DNA of 64,000 bases from the human T2T-CHM13v2.0 reference genome, Homo sapiens. The stretch is taken from NCBI RefSeq assembly GCF_009914755.1, contig NC_060932.1, one strand, 5' to 3'. Below, piece by piece: positions 14,536 through 26,892 of the stretch (the stretch's first letter is position 1; every line of letters begins with the position of its first letter). The notes under the pieces were generated by a model that saw only the letters and a program-made list of their open reading frames with translations, was not told the DNA's origin and made no database searches. The translations under genes and the position numbers were made by a program.

Positions 14536-14951
14536 ATTCAGCTGGAAGATATGGAATGCCTGCTCTGTGGTAGGTGATAGGATTCACAAATCTCTTCTGT
14601 CATCTAGATCGGGAACTAGAATCTAAACACACAAGTGTAATTTGAGGTCCAAGCTGAGATAAACAGGATTGGAGTCTTGAACTTCTCTCTCTGCCCTACT
14701 ACATCCTGGGCTCCTAAGTTGAAGAGTTAATTGTGATTTCGATAGGTTTAGGGTGCCTGTTAAATTTATTTTCATTTATTTCCATTTTTTTTCCTGAGGA
14801 TAAGCATACCTTGTTATATAGTAAAAGAGCCTAGCATACTCTGAAAAAGGTAGAACTTTGCCTGTCAGCTGACAATCTTTTTAAAACTTCCTTTCAAAGA
14901 TGTAGTTCTGAAACTTCTTAAGAAACGTCTGCCGAGGCACAGCTAATGTAT

Positions 14952-15340
14952 GAGTACGATCATGCCTCAATGAACGGCGGGGATACATTCTGAGAAATGC
15001 ATCGGTAAGCGGTTTCATCACTGGGAATGTCACAGAGTGCACTTTCACAAACCTGGATGGTAGCACCTCCTACACGCCTAGGCTATGTGATAGAACCTGT
15101 TGCTCCTAGGCTACAAACCTGTATCATGTGTTATTGTACTGAATACTGTAGGCAGTTGTAACGCTGTGGTACTTGAGCATCTAAACATAGAAAAGGTAAT
15201 ATGTTGTGCTATAACATCACAATGGCTAGACTGTCACTAGGTGACAGGAATTTTTTAGCTTCCACTATAATCTTATGGGACCACTATGGTAAGTGAGGTC
15301 TGCTGTTGACCAAAACATCGTTATGCTGCACATTACTGTA
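14952..15340 (-). mobile_element. Tigger3/Golem-family MITE (TcMar-Tigger)
   Basis: gggatacattctgagaaatgcatc...cctaggctacaaacctgta...cttatgggaccac, ending gttgaccaaaacatcgttatgctgcacattactgta (TIR followed by TA). Confidence 0.85.
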
Positions 15341-16048
15341 TTTGTATTTGTCAGCACTTTTGTTTCCTGTTCTTTATAAAGTCTCCTTTCTGCCACCATT
15401 TGTTCTATGCTGAGTTGGTATCAGTGTGAATCTCATATTAGGAAAAGGAGAGGGAATTAGAAAGAGGTGTTCACATAGCCTAAAAACTCACACGACAGGC
15501 ACTTCTGTCACATTTCAACTAAGCCATATGCTTTATTCCTTAAAGAACTTTGGTTCTGTTAGTCAGAAAGGTATTCCTGAATTGAAATAAAAATTCTGAA
15601 TCACCAACTCACTTGCCCGGAGACAAACCTACCGGGAGTATATTGCTAGACTGAATCCACCTGAAACATTGGCTTTAATCTGCGTGTGTGTTTAAACCAT
15701 TTTGAGATGACTTTTTACTGGAGCATGTCTATGAATGGAGCCTGTGAAGGTTTGTCCTCTGTTTGTGCAGTTTCTTTTCCTAAGCATGTGGGAGCAGAAG
15801 TGGGGCTGGAATGGCTGGGCTTGGAGGAGGAAGGACCATCAAGCCCTGTGCTTCACCAAGTAAAATTGTCTGTGCCTAACGATACAGGGCAAACAATTAC
15901 TAGGCTTCAGTGACTTATAGTAAGACAAGGGCAATAAGGGCAATTCCTTGCCAGTGGTCATAGCTCTATGATTAGAAAAAGAAATATTTCTTTTCAGAAA
16001 GTGTGAGGTAGAGAAAGAGGCCTTGGTTTAATTCAACAGTTCTTTATC

Positions 16049-16219
16049 ACAGTTTTTCCAAAAATTTCCCTCACTAGACCCAGCCACTCTTTACAAATGT
16101 ACATTCCTGGGCCAACTACAAAAGTAGGGAATCAGACTGCCTGAGAGATGGTCCTCTGAATTTCTATGTTTAAGAAGAACTCAGTTGATTCTATGATCAC
16201 TTAACTTTAGGAGACACTG
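16049..16219. mobile_element. MER5-like hAT-Charlie MITE
   Basis: Ends are cagtttttccaaaa...tttaggagacactg; internal attcctgggcc...gaatcagac...gattctatgatca. Confidence 0.6.
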
Positions 16220-17735
16220 CTATGTGGGCTTAGATAAAAATAAGGGAATAAAAATGTATTTGAAAAGGCATAATAATTTTAGAAAGGTAACGTGTGGTAT
16301 GCTGAACAGACAGGGGCCATCACTTGTTTTAAAGTATGTTGTGTTCTGGACCAGCAGCAAAAAGAGAGGAATGCCAGGGTCCAGAGGGCCTCCGCTTTAT
16401 GGAAACTCGTACATGACGTGCAGCCTTGAAAATCCGAAAATGGTTATTTTTGAAAATATTGAAAACAGTGTGTTTTCAGTCTTTGAAACCATATAGTATA
16501 GGATTAGCCTTTTCCTTCTCTCACTTCGTCTTATGTGGACTAGGCTTGCTGATAATGCCAACCTTTTTGTTTTAGCAAAGGGCTTCCATGGATAACTAAA
16601 ATGAGCCAGAACCAGTTGGATCCACAGGGCTTCCCATCTTTCCTAGGATTTGGTGATGGAGTTTGCCTTAGTCTGTAGCTCTGTGGAAAAACTCCCTTCT
16701 GTGCTTTAGAGCCTGGGTGAATAGGAGGACTTCTGAGGGATCCTTCTCCAAGCTATTCATGAGTCTGGAGAGTCTTCCATGCACAGGATAAAGACCACCT
16801 CCACCTCCTCCTCCAGCCATCCAAACCCTCCTGGCTTTGCCACCTGCTTGGACTGCTCCTCTCTCCTCCCAAATCGTGCAACCATCTTGAAATGCATTCT
16901 ACAGCAGGGATTGCAGAGTGGCCAGCCTTCTCTATGGTAATAATATGTGTTCAATTTATATTTACTGGTTTAGTCTTTCGATTTTATCTGAAACCAGATC
17001 TATGGCATTAGACTTTTAGACCTTCATTTGTCCACTTTGGCCAGTAGAGCTCTTCTGTGCCCAGGGCCTGACTTTTACTAAAGATCATGATCTGCTCTCT
17101 AATGATCTTCCCACTCTTCACAAGTGTTCACTGAAATGGTCTGATGGATATGGCTTTAATGTCTATGTAAATAGTCATTAAGTCGTTCAGCCATTATGTA
17201 AAGACACACTGTGACATTTAGACTAGGACACGCTTCCATTTCCCAGTTTCTTTCTCTCCTTCTCTTTTTTTCTTTTAGTACAATTCTTTTTTTTTTTTTT
17301 GGGAGTTTCAGAAAGTGTTTTTAATAGTAAAATTTTAGAATAGTCTGAAGATTTTTTCCTTTAATTTTACAATTTTACTATTACATTCTTGACAAAGAAT
17401 CAGAAGAACATTCCCACTTTTTGACTTTAATATCCACAGCTGCCATTCCTAAAAGTATCACTCTATGGCCTTCAAAAATGCCAGCTACTTTTCTCCCTCC
17501 TGGAATCTTTAATACATCTTGAAACTCTAGTCACTTTCTTATCGTTTGTGATGACGTAATGACTTGCTCAGCAGATGTATAATTTATTAACTTTGAGAGA
17601 GTTCTGCCTTAAAAGTGTTACTTTTGTGGTTCTGCTGCTGTGTCTATGTACTTGTTGACAATTTACAACTAATGAATTTATTTAGGAAGCAATAAATCTC
17701 AAAAATGATTACTTTTCACTACTATATACTTTTGT

Positions 17736-17906
17736 TTTTATGCTCCAAGTCACTTCTGACTATAATGGTTTGTGGAATGGCTAGCACAGGATTTCAACAA
17801 AGTTAAGGGACTTAATACAATTCTTACAAAGTCCCTTAACTTTGTTGAAATCCTGTGCTAGCCATTCCACAAACCATTATAGTCAGAAGTGACTTGGAGC
17901 ATAAAA
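17736..17906. repeat. Perfect inverted repeat, 78-bp arms with 15-bp spacer
   Basis: 17736-17813 is the exact reverse complement of 17829-17906. The spacer is aatacaattcttaca. Confidence 0.98.
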
Positions 17907-20131
17907 CTACTAAGATAGAAGGGATATTTTCCCCCTCAAATATTAAAAAAATGGCCACACTGATGTTTATATAACAAAATTTGGGGCTATTTTGAATGAT
18001 TGGGAGTTGCACCAATTATTGAAAGTGAATGTTTTGTTTATGCAATTTTTTTATACCTACTTATTTTGCAGTTAGGCAGAAAAATAAAGCCTAATGGCTT
18101 GAAAAGAAAGTCCAACTTTTTCCGTACTGGATCAAAATTAATCTGAAATACAGAGCCATGTGAATAACAGGAGACTCGGGTTATTGAGGCAGACCCTGAG
18201 GGAGAATTCCAGATTTTTCCTGTTGTCAGGTGCAGACCAACACAGCAGCTGGGACTGTATGGGTACATTGTGCACATGTAAAATAAAGCAGTGATTCCTC
18301 TGTCCATCTTTAATCTCGGGGTCATTATTCTGGTTAGATTTGTGGGGCAAATGGGGGTGAGAACACATGAAAATGAACAAACTTGTATGTAGGAAGCTCC
18401 ATTTGATTGAGGAAAACTATGGAATTACAGTGAGGCTGGGCCTTTATGGGAGCGTTGTAGGGTGGAAGAGGCTGTGGGGGCTTTCCATCCCCGTGTGGGA
18501 GTGGGAACTCCACTGAGTGAGGCTGTGTGGATGTGTGACCAGCAGGGCCACAGTGTCATGGCTGTCCCCACCCCACCCCAAGGGCCTTTTTTTGTTTCTC
18601 CTCCTTCATTCTTCCCTTCCCCTCCTTTCCTCTTTGTGAGATGACAGAAGGCAGTGGTGATGGGAGTGTCCGTATCACAGGAGACCTTAGGTCTTCGGAT
18701 GAAAAAAATTCAATTATATCGGACTGGGTTAGAACTGCACTTCCCATTTTCCCCCCATTACCCGTCGAACTGTGTGTTGCCTGAGAAGAATGATTTGCTT
18801 TCTCTGTGCCCCTTTCTTCTTTTTAACCTTCGTGCTTGCATGAGGATTGATCAGTAGATGTTTTTTCTGTTTCTACACTTCTCAGTCCCTTTCATGCCTT
18901 CTCTCTGTGGTTCCCTTGTTTTTCGCTTGCTCCAGTCCTTCTTCCCTCCCCAGGTCTCTCCGCCACCCCACTGCATGCATCTTTCCTTCACTGCTCACTT
19001 ACAGAGCTGCTGGGATGTTTCCCACCTGTCGTCAGTCCCTCCCTGCCCTGACCTCTCTCTATCCGGCTGAGGCTGGGTCTCTCACTGCCACACATCTTTA
19101 GAGCTGCTGTGCTAGGGTGGCTGGGGCCCCCTTCTGGGCCTACAGCTGCTCTCTGGGGTCCATGCGCCTGTGCTCACCTTCCTGATAGATCCCTTCGGGA
19201 GCAAGTTATTTGAGTTGTCCCCACTGTCGGGGTTAACAAATGCTGCTCATCTGCAGAAATGAGAGTCCCCATGCTAAAAATAATCTGAAGCAATACAGGA
19301 GAGATTGAAGCCTGGCTGTGTGGTTTGCTTAGGACCCCGTGGGGTGAAGCCCCCTCAGGTCCCCAGATCCCCTGCCACAGTCACACAGGCTGGTGCTGAA
19401 TGGTGCCTCCACCAGTGTTTGGGAGCTCTGGGTATGAGATGGCTGAGGATCAGAGGCTGTGCTTGTGACCATTTGGCCAGCTACCAGGCCACTCTGCCCT
19501 CCTGCCTCATAGCCGACCTTGCAGAGTGGCTGGGAATGTGAGGCCTCTTCACTGGCCTTGTTTTCCTGTCCCCTGGGGCCCTGCCGTAGCCTTCCCTAGC
19601 ACTTAGCCTGAAACCACAGAGCTCCCTGCCTGGGTCCCCCTCCTGTCCACCTTTCAGTCTGTGCCCCAGGCAGTGGTCAGGGCCTGCTCCATCAGTGAGC
19701 CACTCTCTTTGAGTACCTAAGTAACTAAATGCCAGGTTGGATTTCTCTGATGAGTCAGAGAAAGAGTGGTTTCTTAGCCCACAGGGCATGGTCTAGCTGT
19801 CCTGCAAATTGAGAGTGTGGCGCTGCCAGCAACCACTGAAATGATATGTCTTTTAGCCATGGAGACGTTCCTGAAATATTTTTGTCAGCTCCCATGAACC
19901 CTGACTACGACTGGCCAGGCCTCCCTCTCTGGCTGCTTCAGGGAGATCTCAAGGCTGACCCACTTAGAGGACCTCACAGCCAAGGCAAGTAAGGCTCCCT
20001 TCTCTCCAGCCAGGATTCAGGCTTAGGTGCCTTCTACCCATATACCACGATTGCAGGACATTATTCTTGCCTTAGCTACTCTGTGGGTGCCAATCAAAGT
20101 TACAGAAAGAGACTCGTAGCACACTTTAAGG

Positions 20132-21392
20132 CAGCGGTCTTCAAACAGGTATAAATATACCGTTGGAAAAAAATGATGGCTCTCAACAGGATATGTGGGC
20201 TCAGACTTTTCAGATCATTTGCTTCCTTATATATTGTGCTAAAATTAATCTCCACAGTGCTCCCTTCCTGCTAAGGCTTTCACAGTCAGTCTTTCTCACT
20301 TTATGAGAAAGAGATGCACCCATTTGGAGCCCTCTAATAGCCCTGGGGTAGCAAAAACCTCTCAGGTGTCAAACAAAGGAATGATTCAAATATTGATGAA
20401 AGAAGTCAGTGGTATTAGTGAGTGGGAGGCAATCTGTGGCTAACAAATCCTTTTACAAGCTAGCTGGTTTCTAATTCTTTGCTTTTCATAAAATTAAAGG
20501 AGGGCCTAATCAAGTTGCCAGGTGATAGATGAGTAAAAAAATTATATTCCATGATAGATGTCTACGTGACTGGGAACGTATAATTTGGAAAGAGTACAGT
20601 GAATTGAATAGATCTCTAAAAAGAAACTGCTTCTGTTCCCATCTATTTATGCGAACAAGATTTTTTAGTATTTAATTCTAAAAATAAAAAGGGAGGGAAG
20701 AAATAGAGTCGATACTGTCCCTTGTTTATTTCAGCAACAAATAATTTTCACCGACAAGTCCATGAACTAACTGGAAAAAAAGCAGTATCTATCTCATATT
20801 AGATTCATTTACCATCAGATTTTACTATTAATGTTAATAATTATCTATCAAAAATATAACGTTTATGTTTTTGATGAATTGTACACTAATAATAATATAA
20901 CAAAAATAAAATTTAACACTGAGAGTTCTATGATCATCTCTTTTACATTTTCATTTTAGTTTGTATACATACCTTTTATTTCAGGCAAGTATAATTGCAT
21001 GATCAATTAGTTTTTTAAATAAAATATACTATTATATATAACATATATTTTAGTATAATATATAGCCTAAATATAAATAATTTATTATTAGCCTGAAATA
21101 CAGTATAGGAAGTACAATGGAAATAAAAACTCAAGGAGAAAATGGAGTTATAAAAAATATCTAGTTTTTTAAAAACCGTTTACATATTTTTAAAATGAAC
21201 AATTTAAACTCCCAAATTGCTCAGATATTTGGAAACCATTGCAAAATTAAAATTGTAGAAGTTAAAATTGAAAATGATGTCAATTATATGTCCTTTACAA
21301 TTTTTAAAACTTAAGCACTTTTAGGTTTCTACTTTAAATATCAGAGGAGGTGTTTAGTTTTGCATATACAAACAAATATTTGAAGACTGCTA
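20132..21392 (+). mobile_element. hAT-Charlie DNA transposon with decayed transposase C-terminus
   Basis: TIR-like ends cagcggtcttcaaa / tttgaagactgcta. About 20500-20800 encodes frameshifted LLLFPSIY..EQDF and KKQYLSH, matching hAT dimerisation-domain motifs (LLPFPSTYLCE.GFS; KQ.H.SH). Confidence 0.78.
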
Positions 21393-21406
21393 TTTATGTT
21401 AGCCGC

Positions 21407-21552
21407 CATGGTTTCTAAACAAGGCTGCCCATCAAAGCACCTAGAGGTATTTTCACATTTTACCAATACCACAGCTCAGGCCACGCCCCAAACCTGCCAA
21501 ATCAGTCTCTCACCAGATGGCTTAGGAATTTATGGTTTTATAGATGTCTCCG
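21407..21552. mobile_element. MER5A-like hAT MITE fragment
   Basis: catggtttctaaacaaggctgcccatcaaagcacctagagg...caggccacgccccaaacctgccaaatcagtctct. Confidence 0.6.
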
Positions 21553-21776
21553 GGAAAGTCAGTGCCATCTGCTGCTTTATGGCACCAGAGGGACACAGCA
21601 TGCTCCTGTCGGAAACTGTTGCAGAGGGACTCTTCTCTAGCTCTCAGAGCTGAGGGTGGTGTCCTCATGCTGCAGGTCAGGCAGAGAGAAGCCACTCAGT
21701 CAAGAGACAGTTTCCCTCTACTTCTTTATAGTAAATATAGCAAATCCCACAGGAACATGTGGGTGGTTGTGCTTCC

Positions 21777-22083
<307 letters not shown>

Positions 22084-23105
22084 TGTTGTACTTTCACTAA
22101 GGATTTTGAATCCAGATTTGGAAAGTTTGTAATGGAATATCTTTAAAACATTGCATTATTATCTAACAAACTAAGAAAATCAGATTGTAGGTTTGCAAGA
22201 GAAAATGTCATATGGGGATTAAGACATGGTTTGCTTAAATAATGTTAAGTGCTGGGGAAATTTAGGAAACAATTGAATTAGCTGAATAAAGGAAAGAATC
22301 CAAAAAAAGCACCAGTGCTATTAATATTTAGATTTTCATTCTATTAAAAGAATAAGAATGAATTAGAAAGAGGGAGAGTGAATTAGAATCTTTTAGGACA
22401 GCATAAAATGGATAAAATGGACGAAATGAAGGATGACCCTCTTTTTGGTGCTCTCTGGGTGTCTGCCTCTGCTTGCACACAGTGAATGTTATGTGATTGG
22501 ACGGACGCTAGAAGAAGAAAGGTAGCGTTGGCTCAACAGAGGACTTCCGGCTCCTTCACCTATAGCCATTTCTGGTATGAATGATGATGCAAGCTCAGTA
22601 ACTAGTAACACAGCCCATAATGGAGACAAGTGGGGAGAGAAAAACAATTCATATTCCCTTACAATAATCTGCTAGTTATGGATGTCAGGAGGGAGAATTG
22701 AGGACCTGATGGTTTACACTGCAGTTTGAGGGGCTATGATAATGCCACTGATGCTTTGGGGTAATACCATAAAAGCTGTAACAACTCTTGATGATTCAGC
22801 TCAACAATCGTCTCAGCCATTTCCATATATCTATAATCTGATTCTCTCCTGCTTTGTGATTCTTTGAATGGGTTGTCTCCACACACCTCTATATTAGGTG
22901 ATACATTGCTGGTATATTAATACCATTTAGTAGGATGCGTCCTTAACCACATCAGCTGTTAATGAGCTGCTTGTTAAGGAACTGCTTGCGAAAAGTGGAT
23001 TTTTGCTACTTCATGGACAAAAAGTATTCACTTTGTGATATCTTTAATGTGATTACATGAATGGATAAAATAAGCTCCATATGAGCTTTCTATTTTAAAC
23101 TTTAA

Positions 23106-23443
<338 letters not shown>

Positions 23444-23647
23444 GGGTTCAGCTTATTTTTAAAAACAAAGTTTCATGACTAAAATTCCTGATTAAAATTA
23501 CAGTAAAAAATTTTCACTGAAGTTGTGCCTAATTGTATGTTGGGCCTGAGAATTGTGGTACCATAAATAAATAAATAAATGCCCAGACTGAAGGCCTCTA
23601 CACTGGCCAAGTAAAATGTTTTAATGAAAATCAAAGGTCTTGCTTAC

Positions 23648-23800
23648 TTGGCAATGTCAGGCCCTGATGCTCTGGATCTGTTCTTCATGAAGCGCAGGAA
23701 CATCTCTATCACGGCTGCCATTGATTCCAATTTGGCAGCCAACAAATTCAGGGCAGAATTCCTCTGCCTGTGCAGATCAACCAGGTTGGGTCTCCGTGGC
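23648..23800 (-). other. Candidate 153-nt internal exon (unverified; lncRNA or coding)
   Basis: Minus-strand acceptor attatattatttggtctcag|G and donor CAA|gtaagc. One frame is open across the exon. The sequence is not a repeat I recognise. Confidence 0.4.
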
Positions 23801-24889
23801 CTGAGACCAAATAATATAATATCTGCGCTACCCTGATGGGGATTTTATCAAAGTAATGACTGGTTGTGACAATGACATCTACTCAACCTGGGTAACTTGT
23901 AGTGTGACGCCAAATCTAAAACATACCTTCCTGAATGTCAATAGCCTTTTTTATGGAATATGGTATGGATGATCAAAAACCAGTATAAACAGTAAAAGAG
24001 CAACTTTAAACTGATAATAAGGCATTAATTATTGATGGTCTAAGTCAAGAAAAGTTATAAATATAATGTTATAAATAGGTGCATATTTTTATATGTTATA
24101 ATAAAATGTATATATAAATATATGTTAATATATTTATTTGTATAACTGTAACTCATATGGGTGCTTTCATATAAGTTGGGAAATGGATTCTTACTTTTGG
24201 ATACACTTGTCATCAGTTAGAAAATTATAGTAAAATACTGATTTTGCTAGAAAAATTATGTTCATATCTTAGAAAATGTTAGAAGAAATACTAGTATCTG
24301 CCAGAAATTTGTTATAATAAATAACAATCATTACAATGTGAATGGCATTCTTATAGCTGTATAATATACAACCCTGTAATAGTGGGTGATAGCCAGAATC
24401 CTTTTATGACATTAGGACAAGCATAACAAACACACACTGACCCCCCACTTTGTTATAGTGAGAGATGCTATTATCTTGATGTCTACAGAAAATATAATTT
24501 AGCCTTAACTTTAGCAAACTGACAATCTAAGTTTGAACCAGCTATAAACCCCCCATCTTCCTGCATTTGGAAAGGATATGCAAAACAATTTTTTAAAAGA
24601 TTCAGCTCACGTATAAGGAAGTGATTAAAAACTTATCTCAATGTGGACAACAAGGTTAAGGCAATAAATGCACTTGTAGTACTTACAGTTTGTATTTAGG
24701 AAGTTCTTACATATTAACGCAGCATTGTAAAGTGGCTCATTACAGAGCTAGAGGTGATGTACAGTGATAGAAGGTCAAAGGCACTTCCCAAAACAACAGT
24801 GGACTGGGTCAGACTTTGTTTACAAAAAAGAAAAAAAAATGGTAAAACTAGAGAGGGGAATATCAGAATTCAGCTATCCCTAGATTGCT

Positions 24890-25000
24890 AAACTGCATAA
24901 TTTCCTTTCTGTGATATCAGATTACAGTTAGGGACAGGAGATAATGAATCAAGTGCTTAGCATTGTGTGTAGTTCATAGATAATTGTTAGTTTTTGTCAT
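24890..25000 (+). mobile_element. MIR fragment
   Basis: gagataatgaatcaagtgcttagcattgtgtgtagttcatag resembles the MIR 3' part. Confidence 0.5.
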
Positions 25001-25024
25001 CATTTCCTTTTATTTAAAGCACCC

Positions 25025-25262
25025 ATTAATAACTTACATCATTTAGGTACTGTGCGCTTTCTAAAATAATTCTGCATATGGTTATTTTAGTTCATCTTTA
25101 CCACAGACCTATCTGTAAGTTATCTTTAGGTCCCCATTGTGCAGATGAGGGGGAACAGAGGCTCAGGGATATTAACCACCTGCGCAGAGTTTCAGAGTTC
25201 ATAAGTAACAGGATCTGAGCACTGAGTCTTTGGACTGTTAATTTGACTCTCTCTACCACATG
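25025..25262 (-). mobile_element. MIR SINE
   Basis: ccccattgtgcagatgagggggaacagaggctcagggatattaaccacctgcgcagag is the antisense MIR core. Confidence 0.75.
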
Positions 25263-25371
25263 CCAACTCTTCTGATCACAGCTATGGATCACTAACATTA
25301 GAGAAAATAAACAAACAACTCCTCTAGCTTGATCAGTGGTCCCTTTAGTGTTGTACTGTAAGATAGCCACA

Positions 25372-25630
25372 TAATAGTAGCAGCTAACATTTATCCAAGG
25401 CTTATTACGTGACAGATACTGTGTTATGCACTTTATTTGCATTGTTTTTTAATTTTCTCAGTATCCTGTTGGGTAGGTACTATTATTTTCTCCATTTTTC
25501 AGATGAAGAAACCAAAGCTTAAAAAGGTTAAATTTCTTGCCTGAGGTCAGGTAGCTGGCAAGGTGTAGAACCTTGTAGCAGTTATAACCTCTGATTCCAA
25601 AGCCCTCAACTCCAAACTGCATCACTATGT
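25372..25630 (-). mobile_element. MIR SINE
   Basis: gctaacatttatccaaggcttattacgtgacagatactgtgtt...ccatttttcagatgaagaaaccaaagctt...cttgcctgaggtca. Confidence 0.82.
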
Positions 25631-25670
25631 CATCCACATCAGACAGTACCATGTGGGTAAATCTGTATCC

Positions 25671-25993
<323 letters not shown>

Positions 25994-26779
25994 TAAAACA
26001 TGGTGAGGGTAAAGGTAGCCAGACATGTGATTACAAATACAGTTACATATTCAGAACTTTTGGTGGATAATTTAGGCAATCCTACAATTTATACTTCATC
26101 TATTTGCTAAGAAAATTAAGTATAAACATAATATTAGTAAAATGTTTATGGAAATAGAAGTGACCATAGCTTTTCCAAGCACTTAAGACATATGAGTTAA
26201 AAAATCACTGTATCCAATAAGTCAGGTTATTCTCTAATTCAGATTTGCAATAATATGTTGACACAGTAGTATGATGTAGTGTGATTTTTACTGTTACAAA
26301 AAGAAAGCCTTGCTATGAAAGTCTTACGGGAGAGAGGTATCTGTGGCTGCTTGACTATACATGAGATAATTACCTTCTGGACTTCTGTAGCATATGCCAG
26401 CAGAAACAGTAATGTTTTAATATTTTAATAATGGCTAAACAGGTTACACATTTGGTAATAAACTAAGAACTTTATGTTTGTAGACAGTTGCTATTAGCTG
26501 TATTAGTATTGAATCATAGTTAACAATGGGCTAACTGAATCATACTAAAATATCCTTTCTATTTATATTAACTAATAATGTAGGTACTACTTATTTGAGA
26601 AGCATTTCCTGCCAGTGGAAACATCATATTAATTTCTTGGGGATTTTGTTATTGTTGTGGTTATCTGTTGTTTTTTTAAGGATATGTATTGGCTCCAGCA
26701 CAGATAATTAAACAAATGTGAATTTAAAAATAAATCAAGTTTATAAAATTGACTTTATGTCTGCTAGTTGAAAGCCTTG

Positions 26780-26892
26780 AAGAAATCAAGATTAATCAGT
26801 ACTCTGTCTTTTCAATATATATCTGCAGAGCCTAGAATAAGGCAGGCAAATAAAGAGGTACTGAAAAATATTGTGGCTGCAGTTGAATTGAG
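26780..26892 (+). mobile_element. L2 3' tail
   Basis: atctgcagagcctagaataaggcaggcaaataaagaggtactgaaaaatattg...ttgaattga. Confidence 0.55.

Noticed and set aside
17736-17906. Naming the hairpin as a known miRNA gene or a MADE1 element
   Set aside because: I cannot match it to any mature miRNA or MITE consensus from memory, so it is left unnamed pending a search.
24050-24150. Very AT-rich stretch
   Set aside because: It is low-complexity TA-rich sequence without periodic structure.
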